Below, piece by piece: positions 39,316 to 53,419 of a stretch of DNA of 64,000 nt. Numbering within the stretch: the first letter of the stretch is position 1; every line of letters starts with the position of its first letter. The notes beneath the pieces are model-generated. The model made no database searches. It saw nothing but the letters and a program-made list of their open reading frames with translations, and was not told the origin of the DNA. The position numbers and the translations under genes are program-made. The stretch covers positions 67,580,001 through 67,644,000 of the forward strand of contig CM060732.1 in the NCBI GenBank assembly GCA_030704615.1, in the 5' to 3' direction. This DNA is from Takakia lepidozioides (lineage: Eukaryota > Plantae > Bryophyta).

Positions 39316-42181
39316 CAACAATGGCTGGCAGGAACGTGTGGCTGGCAGGTGCACAGTAGTAGTAAGGTGACACGATGACAGGAGGATGGGTACTTTTCTG
39401 ACACTTAATTTGTGGTGCATGATTTTGAGGGAGAGCAGAAGGAATACTTTCTTTGCCACCACGGGGAAGCTAATGTGACAGTCAACACTGCACTTTAAGA
39501 GTGGCACCCATAGTGATGATGTGAACTCAAGTATGACAGCTGAAGAGCATCAAGGAAGTTACTGAAACCTTATAGCGATGGAGTTGTTGCAGATTGCAGA
39601 GGCAGGCAGGCATGAAATAAAGTGGAGGGAAGACAGGTTCTACAAGGTTCCTTTTCTATCAAGTAATTCCGTTCTATAGGCCAAGAGCCTTCAATTACCT
39701 TCTGATAGAACAGCGACACAAGAACTACTGAGGGTCTTGGGCTTTTCCTGTTTGTGGGAGGGTAAGTGGGAAAGGTAAAAAGACGTCAATCCCAGGTTTC
39801 TCCGACATAGCCCTTTTCCCAAACTGGAAAGTTAGAATTCAGCGACACTTCCTTCACAAATCGTCTTTGATTCCTATAAGATAGGGAAACACTTTGCTTA
39901 TAGCGATCACTTGGTTAGTGATGACCAAGCCATTCAAGCAGAACTAAGTGTTGAGAGACTGCAGGAGACTACCTGGCCCTCTGTGGTTTGGCCAACTTAA
40001 ATTTCTGGGCGTGGATGAAAACTTGTAGATGTCTAAGATGTGACACTTCAATTGGAGGAATCCCTGACCGGCAGTGGATGCGGAGGTTTCTCTGTAGGAA
40101 CATGGAAGATTGAGCAGGCAGTGCAGTATTGTGTTGTACAGAGGCACTGATGTGTTGGCCACCACTTGGGTACCTGTGTCCAACCTACCCGAAACTACTG
40201 GATGGCTTGCAAATGTCCGGAGTGTGAACATGAAGATAAAGTTTACTTCACATCCAGTGAATTCATCACCCCACACACAACGGCCAATGGACAGTTGAAG
40301 TTACATTTACAAGCATTGTGTTGGTTATGCACACAGGCAAGGCACACCACAACCATTCGGCAACCTGCCCAAGCACAAGTGTAAAAGGACTGGGAGTTAG
40401 GATCAGAGCTCAAGGAAGTCAATGTGTACCTCATATTTAAGTTCTCTACCGTTGCGCTGCAGCCCCCGATGTGGTTATTAATCTGAAAGGTGCACTTAGA
40501 AGAGCATATGGGATTTGAAAGGTATAGATGTATACATTGACCAATCTGAGGGAATATCGATGGCAGCATACTAACCCCTTTGGAATTGCTTGTAGATCTG
40601 GAAGGCAAACTGAGAAACCCAGCAGAAAAGAAGCAACACCCCTCCACTGTACTGTGAGTTGTCAGAAAAAAAGTGCACCCACAAAGCATGTTCTGAACTG
40701 TTGACCAAATATGCTAAAACTACCTTCAAGGAACCAAGAACTAGGTGCTTTTAGGGAAACATCCACACAATCTGAACGAAACTAACTGCCTAGAGTTTGG
40801 CCACAATTGCGACCAAGATATTAAACCCTAGTTAGTAGGCACAAAAGTGGGATGTTAGCCTCCAGTCACCCTGTACTTATTGTACAACAGCTGCATCTGT
40901 ATAGCAATCTGGAGGTGCATCTTCATAAAAATTCACACTAGGAGAGTAATTTGGTGAGTCATTGAGCACAGCCCAGTAATACCTTCCCATTTATATCCAA
41001 GCAAAAAAGCTTAACGCACATGGTGCGAAACAAAGATACAGCAATCATTCAAACAGAGTACACATTGGGAACTGAGCACCCAAAGATACTCTGAGCACTG
41101 TTGGAAAGCTGCCAATCACAGTGCTAATTGTTGAGAGCACTCCAATATCTGACCATGACATGTCCTTCTTTGGAAGTGGAAGGACTAGGGTGGAGGACAC
41201 CGGGAAATGTTGCCCTGATGTTGCAGGCCTTGAAGTTACAAATCCTGGGTGGTCAAGAATTGACAGGGTAATATGCCCCAGGGTTGCATTTTACTGCCCC
41301 ATGCTCATAATATGCCATGATACAGCTCTCAACTGGTGCAACTGCGGATGGGCCAAGAAGAAAGGGGAAGCTACGCATTTGTCTATATTGAGCGCAAGAT
41401 CTCACTCTCTCACATGCAGGCCACAAGGCTCCAGCAAACAACGTCATATGAGTATATTCTCTCTCTCTCTCTCTCTCCCTCCAACCTAATTGTTTATATC
41501 AAGGTTACTGGGTGAGCCCCTCACAAAAGTATGTTTCTGTCCAAACTGCAGGAGGGGTCTATGGCGGGTCTATGGCCACAAGGTGACACCAAACAGAAGT
41601 CTTATGAGGACATTCTCTCTCACCAACACACACTCTCTCTCACATACACCAGAAGTAAAAGAACGTATGCATCACTTTGATGATAGAGTAAAGACCTTCC
41701 TCGAGGTTTAAAAGTCAGAACCAACCTAATTTCGGTAGGTCTATCCAACTACTTCAGAAACGCAGTGAACCCAAATCTGCTCCTCTCCCACCCCTCCTTC
41801 CTGATGTGCCCCAACTGAGTGCGAGTAGGGCCTCCAGTGATTACAGAATCTCATTCTCTCTCAGTTGCATTTTCAAACGGGATTCTCTTCAAAACACTTG
41901 AACAGAGAGGCCTCAATCAACAAAAAAGTGGAGTATCACCTGCGGATTGCCTGCACTCCAGTGAAAGAGGAGCTTGCAGGCTTGGATTTAATTTGTTGCA
42001 TCCCCAGAGCAGCCATTACAAGTACACCGGGGTCGCAGGTCTGACGACCCACAACCGAAATGGCTACAATCAATTGGAATAGCTAACCACTGGGGCGATG
42101 GCACTGAGGAGTCAATTCTTATTACAGTTTCAAATCCTTCTCTTAACCAACCTCGTTGCTCCTGCCTGAATTGCCAATTCT

Positions 42182-42958
42182 CTACACTGAAATATTAAAG
42201 GACTCCCGCAGGCGCTCCAGCTCCAAATACGCGGTACTGTATGGCAGAAACATCGCTGAGTGCTCGTCCGCAAGCTCCCGAACACCACCCGCGAGCTTAG
42301 GAATCGCTGCAATCTCGTCATAGGTCAACTCCCTGACAAATCGAGCAGGGTTTCCAGCCCACAGCTCGCCAGATGGAACGCGCCGGCCAGGGGCCAATGT
42401 CGACCCCGACCCGAGCACGGCATGGGTCTCCACTAAGGAACCCTCCATCAACACGCACCGCTGGCCCACCACACTTTCATCATCTATTGTACATGATCTA
42501 AGCGTGCTGAAGGCCCCCACTGTCACAAATTTGCCGATCGAGGTTTCCGCAGGGAGCCCAGTTGGAGAAGTGGCTGCAGCATGGAGGACACACTTGTCCC
42601 CGATATTGGACGAGAAACCAACAACAATGCGGTTCAGATCCCCTCGCAGCACACACCCATACCACACACAAGCCTTGTCCTGCACGTCCACAGCGCCAGC
42701 AAGCACGGCGTTGGGGGCAACCCAAGCATCCACAGCCACAGTGGGTACTAAGGTCCCCAAAGGCAGCTTGCTTCTTTGCCCCTTATAGTCCCACTCAACG
42801 TGATACTTTGTCGACGCCTGCCGAGACTGTTGGGTTGATGGAGGGGACGGTGATGAGGAGGAAGATAACAGCGACAGTGAGGAAGAGGAATGTGCTGAGG
42901 TACTCCGAATAAGGGTGCGAAGCAGCTTCAATCTCCCACGCAGTGCCAGTGCCGCCAT
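42182..42958 (-). CDS. GAMMACAL: Gamma carbonic anhydrase-like protein, mitochondrial complex I subunit; intronless
   Basis: Arg/Ser-rich presequence, then WDYKGQR, VAVDAWVAPNAVLAG, VLRGDLNRI, SPTGLPAET, ELWAGNPARFVR and FLPYSTAYLE, which are characteristic of the CAL subclass. Confidence 0.93.
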   Translation of the reverse strand: MAALALRGRLKLLRTLIRSTSAHSSSSLSLLSSSSSPSPPSTQQSRQASTKYHVEWDYKGQRSKLPLGTLVPTVAVDAWVAPNAVLAGAVDVQDKACVWYGCVLRGDLNRIVVGFSSNIGDKCVLHAAATSPTGLPAETSIGKFVTVGAFSTLRSCTIDDESVVGQRCVLMEGSLVETHAVLGSGSTLAPGRRVPSGELWAGNPARFVRELTYDEIAAIPKLAGGVRELADEHSAMFLPYSTAYLELERLRESFNISV

Positions 42959-43943
42959 AGCTGAGCTCCCGAAGCTCTCTCGTCTTCGTCTCTCTCGTCT
43001 TCACAGGGAAAGGGCCCCACTTCCTTATTCCAACAGCATTTTCTCTCTCTAATTTTCCATTCCCTTGTTTGATTTCTGGAGACTCATTGGTGGGTTATTA
43101 GTGAGTTCTTAGGGGCTTAGTAATCACAGTGGGATTTGTGATATAAGAAATCACTTGATCCGCGGAGATATATTGTTGGGCTCTGAAGTGGGGAGCATTT
43201 ACATGTCACCCCAGAACTGTGTTCCTTTTGGGGTTAACATGATACCTAGGTTAACATGATACCCTACCATACATACTTCCATGGCAGCGCTCAGAATCAC
43301 AGACAATTGTGAATAACTTGGGATGGATTCCTCTTGCTTTGAAACACAGTAAGTAGTTAGCAAGATGAATTTGCTCAGTTGGTTCAAACTCCGAGTTCAG
43401 GTGGAGTTTGCAGTGCTTGCCTGTGGACTTACTACAATAGCTACTTGACACTCTTTCAAGACAGCCAAGTTTGGTCTAATTGCATATCAATATTCATGAC
43501 AGAAGACAAGAAGCACAACTGGTGAACATGAGCATTCAAGACTCCACTTCAGATCTCAAATGGGGATGAAAGATGGTACAGCCATGGTGCCAGTATAGTG
43601 AAGATATACCGTGCACTGCATTGATTCTCAGGCCGTCTAGAATTAATTTTCTTGAAAACCATTTTACATTTGTGTGCTTTGTCACATGAATTCTGCAACA
43701 TCCCAAGATTAACACAGATGCTACAAGGCTTTAAAGAATATCATTACAACTTCATGACTGTATAATACTGCGCTCTCCATCACTAATAATACAGAGGACT
43801 TCCCAAGTGCATAAGAATAACAGGCGGGGTAGCATTTCAGGTAGGTCAGATGCCACCCCATGTCATTCTTGGCAGATTGGAAGGGATCTCCAACAAACGT
43901 AACTTTTCACATAGCTGATAATTTGAAGGAAAACCTAGCCAAA

Positions 43944-46900
43944 TCAATGTTTCGTCAGGTCTTCAGGAACAATCGGATAGGATGCGCATGTTGCCACACC
44001 TGAATCAAGTTCATCCACCAAGTTTACACCACATTAGCGACGGGCTTCCTCTTTCTAAACATTTATTTCAGAATCAGATGGGAAGGAAGAGCTAGAAAAA
44101 GAATCCCATCTTTGACAGGAGTCGGCATGCCAAGGAAACTTGTTTGTGTTATACGACACTATCAAAATAGCAGAGATCAGCAGCTTGGACTCCCCACTGA
44201 CTACACCTGCTCCAACAGGGACAAACCTGAGGGTTGAACATGACAACATGGGATAGATGCTCATATAACAGTGGGATTTGTTACATGATTAGATTTGTCA
44301 CTGAAAATCAAATTTCCAGGTTAAACTTTTCTTTGAAACAGTTGTGTTGGCGCATCCTCGTGTTGATCAACAACATGCACACTGAAAAAAAAGGACTTGA
44401 TCATGCATGGAGCCCTTAAACATGAACTGTTGCTGTGGGGTTCTGCTAAGAGATAATTGGAACAATGAACCATCAAGGGAGAGGTATTTTGGCTTGAAAT
44501 GGAGACAGGAAGAAGAGTACATACCACACATATTTTTGCCCATTTCGATATGGAAGTAGCCATCCAATCCCCACAATTCACCCCATGAGTTTTTAATAGT
44601 CCAGTAAGGGATTCCCTTGGCATCCACACCATAGCCCACTGCCAACACTGCGTGGTTCACGGTCTGCACAAAGCCCAAACTGCACCTGTTACACATCCTC
44701 ACTAATTTGCTATCAGGCTGCAGAGGGTACTAGAGCTGTATGCCTCTATTGTCTACTCTAAGGCATGAATTGAACTTGACAGGAGTCTGCAAAGCTGTGC
44801 AAGGAACTGAATAGTGATCACAATCTCAAGATTGACCCCAAAAGCATAGGAGCAATCCCTCACCTGAGGACCATCGTGACAGAGAGGGCTAGAGTACACG
44901 CCATCGCTGTAGAGTTGGAAGCTGTCAAGGACCTCAAATGCCACACTAACTGGCCTCACCAGCCCCACTGCATGCTTTAACTCGTGCTCAGCTCCCTGTT
45001 CCACCCAGACGTTAGAGTACAGTATCTCTCAATTTAACAGTCACTCTCTTCAAATGTTATTACCAAAAAAGCATGGGGTGAATGTGTACATAGAATCAAA
45101 CAAGCAAGTAAGCTCTATACTGTCCATAGGGGTCCCCCAGAGACCCCATGGTACAAAGTAGAATGACAAGAACCCACTTCAGAAAATATTGAATGACATC
45201 TGAAGGCGTAGTGCCTCGTGCAGGTATGAGGCTAGACACTTTGGGGTCCTCAAAGCTGAACGCTTCAGACAACGATACAGAAACAAACAAGGACAGAGAA
45301 TCACCTCTGTGATGTTGACAACATCATAAACTTGGGCACCAACAGTGTTGTCAAGATACTTGCATGTACCATCTTGTGCAGAGTATGGGTACGACTCCTC
45401 AGTGTCAAGACCCCCATTATACCTTATATACTCAAATGCTTGTGAGGGAAGCCCTCCTCCACAACCAAAGTTGTTGAATTCGCCAGCACAATCGACCAAT
45501 TGCTGCTCGGAAAGAAGAACCATTTTTCCAGTAGCCTGTGCATGTGCTGATTCCAAAGAACCTGTTGTACTGCACAGGAAACAGGATAATCAGCTTCTCC
45601 CCCCACATGAACATTTAAAGGTGCCAAATACTTCAAGGGACTATCTTCTTCGATCCCCTCTGTATCAACAATGTAAAGGTGTGTGCTTCCATACATCCAA
45701 ACCCTCCTCACAAACCAAAGCAGATCACATATTGCCCAATTGATAGTTACCTAAACAATAAGCCTTAAACGATCTACCTTTGAAGTTCATATGTGCCGAT
45801 TTACACAGATGCTCTATTATGAAAGAAAATGTCTCTTGAAGGACAACAACCAATTCAAACTACTGCTTTTACCTTCCAGCCAAAAGTGCCACTTGTCTAC
45901 TACAGTCAAGTCATTAAAAAATCTCAGAAGGGATATGTTCAATTCCACAAGACCAATGGGAGACCAGTGGCAACCATGAGTTTGACCAGATGATATGAAA
46001 TCATATTATGAGAAGAATTGCGAGTGCCATATCAGGTTTCAAGTTTGCCTCCCAAGGAAACACTTAAATGCAAAAAGTTGGAAGCAAGGATTAGACCTGA
46101 ATGTCCAGCAGGAGCCACAGCTAGCTTGATTCTTGACTGGACTAACAATTCCATCCTTCCGCCAGTCTTTCTGCAGCCACAGATCCATAGTCTCAACCAC
46201 AGATCTTCTACAAGGCAACAAAATTAGCCAGGTGCAATTTGTCCTGGATGCTTCTGCAGCCTTGTCAGCTCACCCAGGGAGTTCCATTCTATAGAGGCCG
46301 AGGGACCATGCAGCCCCTACATCCAAGGCAAACAGTGCAACCAGAAAACTCACTACTAACCTGCCAAAAACTCCAACAATAAGGCTTGCTCCTTCAAACA
46401 ATGGTAATATCGAAAGAAAGACTGGTCAATCAACAATGTCTTGTAGATAGCAATTATGTGTCTAAAGAGAACCAGTGGGGAACACACCTCCTCTGGCAGC
46501 TTGGCATCAGTGAGGTGGTGGTTGCCCTTGGTAGCTGAGCAGTTCTGTGAAGATTTCAACAGATGAGTGCTCCTGAACTCCTCAAATGCCACATCCGCAA
46601 ACTCTGTACATTTAGAAGCCACCAGTCAGCTCAACCACATCAAAGTTATCAACATCTTTGCATCTGCAAGTGCATGCTGTCTATGGGATAGTTGAGTCTT
46701 ACAGCCAATGAAGAAAACTAGTGAGTCTGCAAAAAAAATTGATCGGGACCGACGCCCGAAATGCAGTGAAATGTTAAACAACCTTTCTAGGGTGTGCAGT
46801 GGTCGACATACTCTTCAATGCTACCAAGCACTGCAAGCTTTATTATAGTTGCATAAGATACAATCCTTGCTCCAATCTATCCAAACTACTGATTCTCTAG

Positions 46901-48029
46901 AACTCCCGGCAATGCATCTTACATAAGAATTATTCCAAAGACTCAAAGTGGGTTACTCAATGAACCCACCATCAAGTAACAACCCACCTAAAAAGCGAGG
47001 GGGGTTGTTTAGAATAAAGTTGCAACATGCTAAAACATGTTAAGTTGACTTGCACGAGCAGGTGAGAACCTTCAATGGCTTATCCTTATTGCTTATCATT
47101 CACAAAACAACTTATGATAGAATTGCGTGCCATACGATTAATAGCAAGAGTGTAAGAGAGCTTCTTCTTGTTGGTGGCCTCGATAACCTCCACATTCTTC
47201 ACAAATACACCAAACCGATGCTTCAGCTCTGCAAGGGTCTTATACACCTTCCCATATCTGCATCCATCACCACAAACCTTCTTTTTTGAGAAGAGCTACA
47301 TCACCTTACTGCGAGAGGAGCCATCTCCGTAAGGGATCACCGATTAGCTCAGGAACTTAACCTCCTCCCCAAAAGCTGTCAAGCTTACACATAGCAACAA
47401 AGAGCGTCTGACTAAGGAGACAATTGGCAAACAGCTGACTTAAGCTCAGGCACGAAACTGACAACAGTAAACTCTTTGCAACGTCAGAGGACGCCTTGGA
47501 GAGGAACAGGCAGGAAGACACATGCCGACAGAAGAAATGAATGAAAAACACGTCTACACGGCGGAAACTGGAGAAATCATTATCCTCACAAAAAACAGAA
47601 AGAGATCAAGTACACAGTTACAATCTACACTGCTGGAAGTAAAGACATCGAAGACACAATAACAGGTAAGCGATTTCAGCTAAGCCGGGTCCAAGTGCTA
47701 GCCAACACAGAGAATGACAGACAAAGTAACGAAGGTAGGACGACCCACAAACAAGTCACGAACTGCTTTCAAGAGAGAGACAGATGCTCCATTGGGACAA
47801 AGAAAGCAGCCCAGAGAGACGAACAGACATACTTGGCAGCAAACCCTGCGAAAGCAAACGCAGAAGGAGAATTTCCCAAAAGTTCTGTGAAGCGGCCGCT
47901 CCTGATGGCATTCTCCGCCTCCCCGTCTGTAACCATGGCAATGTCCCCATTCAGAGCACGACCCGAAACCACCGCAGAAAACACACTCAACCCCAACACA
48001 AGGTACACCAGATTGGAGATCGACGCCAT
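43944..48029 (-). CDS. Aleurain/cathepsin H-like papain-family cysteine protease, 8 exons
   Basis: Signal peptide (exon 48029-47833), I29 propeptide, QNCSAT mini-chain, and catalytic motifs [22 protein letters not shown] and KNSWG. The last exon is [18 protein letters not shown]. Confidence 0.95.
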
Positions 48030-49902
48030 CGCTGTGGATTCCCGAGCTCTGTCTGTGTCTCTCTCTCTCTCTCTCTTTTCTGTCTTCTCTGAGAGCAAGC
48101 GGCGAACGAGAAGGAAGTATAGCCAGAAGTATAGCCAGATATTTGGTGGATTTGTGGCGACCCTATTAATGGCGAAACTGGCTCAGCTCTGAATCTGGTC
48201 TCCCTACAGTTACGTTTCTTTCTCGCTCTGTTCGTTCGTCAACTCAGGTGTGGATAGATGAGAACTGGATGACGAGCGACCTACGTCATCCAACGCTGTT
48301 CATGATTATCGGATGAAATGAGCTGCTGTAGATGAAACATTCCGTCCGGAAGTTATTCGTCTGAGCTGGGCCCGCACTGGCTTTTAGTCCTTTCGTTCCT
48401 CACGTTGAACGGTTAAGATCGTTGTTGGAATCCATCTGACGACGTAGAATTTCACAACGAGAAGCTAGTTTACGCGACCGGAAACTGCTCCGCGAAACAA
48501 TTCCAGAATTGTCGGCGACTTTTGACCGTGCGGCGGATTCGATCCGATGTCCCTTCCGTCCGATAACTTCGCCCAGTTTCCTGGGGATGAGCGTTAGATC
48601 TGGACAGAATTTTTGGATGAGTTCGTCTGTTCATCTTGTTGGCGACTGTATGGATGCGGATAGACGAATCGCTAGATCTTGTCTGTGCCTCTTGAATGAA
48701 TGCGGATTCTCCGTGTGGATGAATGTTTGTGCAGGTATTCTCTGTTGGCCTTGATGGATGGGTTCTGGATGGATGTTTATATTGGACGGTTTTTGGCTTT
48801 TGGTTTAGATGGATATCGACTTGTGTTGATGGATGAGTTATGGTAGTGCGGTCCCTTTGTCGCCAAACTGAGGGGGATTGATTTTTGTCTAGTGCAGCGC
48901 GTCATGAAGAGATCTTTGGGTGACGTGGCGAAATGCCATTGCTTATGAGGATGAGCCCTATATTTGATAGGCTCCACATTTTCTGGATGCGCTGTGACAT
49001 GCGTGGATGTAAAGTAGCAAAATATGGATGTAAAGTACACTCCTCATGACAGACTATGTCCAATAGAGTTCAAGGGCGCACTCTGCTACGGGCCGTAGCA
49101 GGAGCTGTGCGTGCCAGTGAGGCGTCGAGCCAGTCACAGCGACCTGCTACAGCCCGTAGCGGTCGCGCTCCAGTGCGCTACAGAAGGATGGAGCAGGTCA
49201 TAAAGTGACCTGCTGAGTCTGTCGAAGGGGTCCGAGAAGTGGGCGGTGGAAGACATCAAATTAGATGTGTGTGTGTGCAAGCTGATTAAATTGGCGGGTG
49301 GAGGATCACGGCCAAGTATGAAGGCCAGTGAAATCTCGCGGCAGCCACAATAGAAAGAGCCTGTCAATTTTTGTATAACTCAACATCGTTGTAATGGGCA
49401 CACCACATCTTCATGGAGATAATTGCGTCAGTACTTAGAGTTGTTTTGTTTGTAGGGGAATTTTCATAACTACCTCCATGCAGATACTTTCACGACTAAG
49501 TAGTTGCAAAAACTTGGTAGATTACCTTTAAGGAGGTAGTTCTACTCAAATAAACTCCATCCACGTTCTGAAATTCGAACCCAAAACCTCAGGTCATTCA
49601 TCCTTTTTTTGTTTCTTTTTTCTTTTCTTTTTTTTTAAGGGAAAGGTGACATAGGCCCTTTTAATCAATTTTCTTTTCATATCACTACACTCTACTTGGA
49701 TTTTTTTGTTGCAAATCTAGTATCTTTTTTTAATGTATATTAGGGCTTTGCGTTGCTTCACACTACTAGAGATAACTTAAACATGTCGAAGGAAATATAA
49801 TAGATTCAAGGGTATAAAATGCATGTGTGAGGGGGTAGTTTAATATGTCGACGTCTAATGAATTGGTCTCCAATGCCACTTCTACTATTTTCATTGAGGC
49901 TT

Positions 49903-49928
49903 GTATATATATATATATATATATATAT
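49903..49928. repeat. (TA)n microsatellite
   Basis: Seen directly. Confidence 0.9.
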
Positions 49929-52900
49929 AATGATTAGTATGGTTCATCACACATATTTTCATGCCAATTTCGTCTCAACTAGTGTAATTGAACTGGTATG
50001 TTGCTAGCTAATAGCAGACCAATTTGGTATTAGCAAGCGCCACTACCTAGCATATATCCAAAGTGGCCCGATATTGTGTTTACCGGACTAAAACTCAGGG
50101 CAATATCCTACCAGCCTCGTAGGTGGTTGAAAATTTGGTATCAGATCCATTTTGTGAGGAAAAAACCAAGGTATGAGTATCGACGGCACACACAATATGG
50201 ATGTGGCTCTTTCAGTAAGCAAAGTGGAAATCAGGTTTTGATGTATTGGTGGGGTGTTACTTGTACCAATATCAAAGAGCCTCCATATGCTTGTTAGTAT
50301 CATTCCATGATTTTGATCAAGTGCACAAGGAATATCAATATATAACAAGTTTTGTAAAATATCATACCAGTATTGATGATGCCCTAGTATCGATTTTTCA
50401 AAACTCTTGCTTTTGATACTAGTAAAGCACCACACCAATATTATATTATTGATACCACCATGGTATTCAAATATCAGATTTTCATGATACTATGCTTCCT
50501 TGGTCACAATCGGACGAAGACCTCTATACCAATACTAGTCTGGTATGTTCAAAATACAATATTAGTCCAACATTGGTCTCAACTATACTACTCGTGCATC
50601 TATGCATTTCAAACCACACAATCCACGTAAATGTAAATGCTTTGAAGTACTTCGAGGAAATTTTGGACAATCATGTTGTCCCACTTGTGACCATATATTC
50701 CAGTAGAAAATAGAACATATTTTTATGAAACTCTCTGTCATGATACCATTTTTTAAATTAAAATCTATTTTCAGTTTCAAAACAATTCAATTGATGGTAC
50801 AGTTTTATTAATCCAAATCCTAACAAGTAAATGCAAAATATTTAAACATAAAGACTAAATAAATACATATATCTATTATGTAGTTGTTAATCTACAATTG
50901 GATCCTAGACTTGATCTAAACTTAAATCTTTATGCAACATAATTCTTACAAATTTCGGACTAGCAATAGTAAGACTCGCTTTAATTTTGGATCATTTCTT
51001 TTTTTTGGTGTGGTATGGGCCTTGAAAGTTTTCAAGCTGTCTTATGTCAACATCAGTGTCGTTGTTACTAAAGAAACCCCCTGCCTTCTTTGGCGAGACG
51101 AGCCCATGGATCAAAAACTGCAAACAATGCACCTTCAGCCCCACTCCACATGACTGATTTTTCCTGAGCCTCAAGTGTAGCTTGTGGACTCTTGGCTAAA
51201 TTCTTGAGGAGGATCTCTTCCTTGACAAGTCAATAAGTACCTTCATGTCCCCTCCATCCTCTAAACTAAACAAGTCATTAGGATAAAGAAAGCAAAATTC
51301 ATGTTACATGTGTTGTGCACCTGCGGTGACTCATTGCAGTACAGTTGTCGATGAACTAGAGACGAGCTACAACGGGAGTGAAATATATTTCATTGATCTA
51401 GTTCCTGAGACGGCGGCGTCTCCTACTCTTTTGGAAAAGCAGAGGGAGGGGAAGCCACTGATCCCTGTCTTGGATAACAATTCGGTTAGGAAATTGTTGT
51501 GTGATACTGATTATCCGCCAGCAAGAGATGTGTTAGAGGCGTTGCAAGAATTGAGGAAAGACAACCATGAGTTGAAGGGGAGGATGGAGGAGGTTGAGTT
51601 GCGGTCACGCTCATCATGGAGGATGACTTATGCCCCTCTAAGGCATTTTCTCCTGCAATTGACGATGGAGGCGGTGGAGGTTGCCACCAAGAACGTGTAG
51701 GAGAGTGACAACCACACATTGTTTGTGGCTTATGCAAGATTTGCTTCAGAACTGGTACAGTTTGTTATTTGGCACCATGGCGAAGGTGCGCCAAGGAGAT
51801 AACTCCTTCATTGCCTCCCCTGACCTGCTTTGGTTGAATTGAAGGATGAGGTAATCACCAAGTCTCTGAAGCGGCAACGAAACACTTGACTACCGTGTTG
51901 TGCTTGGGCTAGATCGGATGAAGAGGCAAAAAGTTTGAGAATTGCATACTTAGCCAAGCTGTTGGCTACATTTGCTGAGATGGACCACGTTTCAGCTGTG
52001 TCCTTACCAGTTAAATGTATAGGGATCCCAGGCACAGGTTCATTTTATATCTGGGGTGGGTTGAACTCAAAGAGAGTCCCCTCATAACTAAAGAACAAAT
52101 AATCGTAAATGTTTTTTTGTCCTTGACATATGGGGTCTCATGTTGATCCTTCTTCTATTTTTATAATAAAAACATTTGCTCTATTAGTATGTGTAATGAC
52201 TTTCATTCTTTGAGTCAATTATTTTAACAATGGGTTGCACATATAGCAGCTAATTGTTTGAGCCAATTATTTTAAGAACGAGTTGCACATACAACTCAAA
52301 TTGACACTTTGAGCTACCAAACGACAATATTCGTTGGGTTTCCAAACATCTTCCCGCACCTCGTGAGAAAATAAAAATTCATATGCCAATCGTGCATCAC
52401 CCATAGATGAGTTATCCCGATAGAAAAAACCATTTGAAACATGTTTTCTGGAGATTCCATAAGCCTCTTGAGTAGTGTAGATGTCATGAGTGGCGAGAGT
52501 TGTGTCCGATGATCCCTGGATCGAAAGGCCACCCATGAGAGGGATGGCAAAGTGCACTGCCATTCTTGCTTGCATATTTGAGCCGGTTGTGTGGGTGTGG
52601 CCGTTCGTCCAATTGGCTTTCATATTTTTTCCCATATCAAGCATGATATACGTTTCAAGAACAACACTATCATCCTCTATACACTTCAAAGACAGCTATA
52701 TTTGATGAAACATGTTAGTGACAATTCATGTGAAGATGAACAAGGAGCTAGAGGATGTCATATTTAATTTAGCATGTTTTACTATGATAGTTAGGTTAGG
52801 TTAGTTGCGAGAGTTGGAGGCCAATGTGTGCTTGTGTGAGGTCAAGGTCTGGTTTGCAAGTATATTCAAGCCATCCTGCTTTGTGTGATTATTACATTTG

Positions 52901-53079
52901 GTGTGAAGAAACACGCACATGATCATCCCTCATATTATTCATAACATATGATACAACTTATTAGCCAGTCTCGTACTAAACCAAAAAATAGACCAAAAAT
53001 TAATTACCTTAAATTATTTAGTCATATTTTTTGAGTTGAGCATAACAAACAAAAAAAACCTATATATCCTTCAATATAT

Positions 53080-53315
53080 CCTTTATTTAAAGGTGAATCG
53101 TTTATCCTTACCCGATATTTATCCTTATCCGGTCAAAAATATTGGCCTTTACTTTTTATCCGTAGGATAAATAAATGGACATATAAATAATCTACCCTTA
53201 TCCGGAATGGACATATAGATAATTTACCCAAGTTACCTGGAGGATAAATAATCCTTTGAGTCCTATTTATCCTTACCCGGAGGATAAGCAAAATCTACCT
53301 ACCCACACAACACTG
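53080..53315 (-). mobile_element. hAT-like MITE end with TTATCCTTA-type subterminal repeats
   Basis: CAGTGTTGTG terminus at 53315 (minus strand) and repeated ttatccttacccg/ggataa units. Confidence 0.4.
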
Positions 53316-53419
53316 GTACATACCTATGATGCATAGATACATAAGTTGTTGAAACAACACAACTTTAGAGAGAGATTGGTCATGACAAGTTTTGTCAAAA
53401 TTACTTTAGAGCTTCACCA

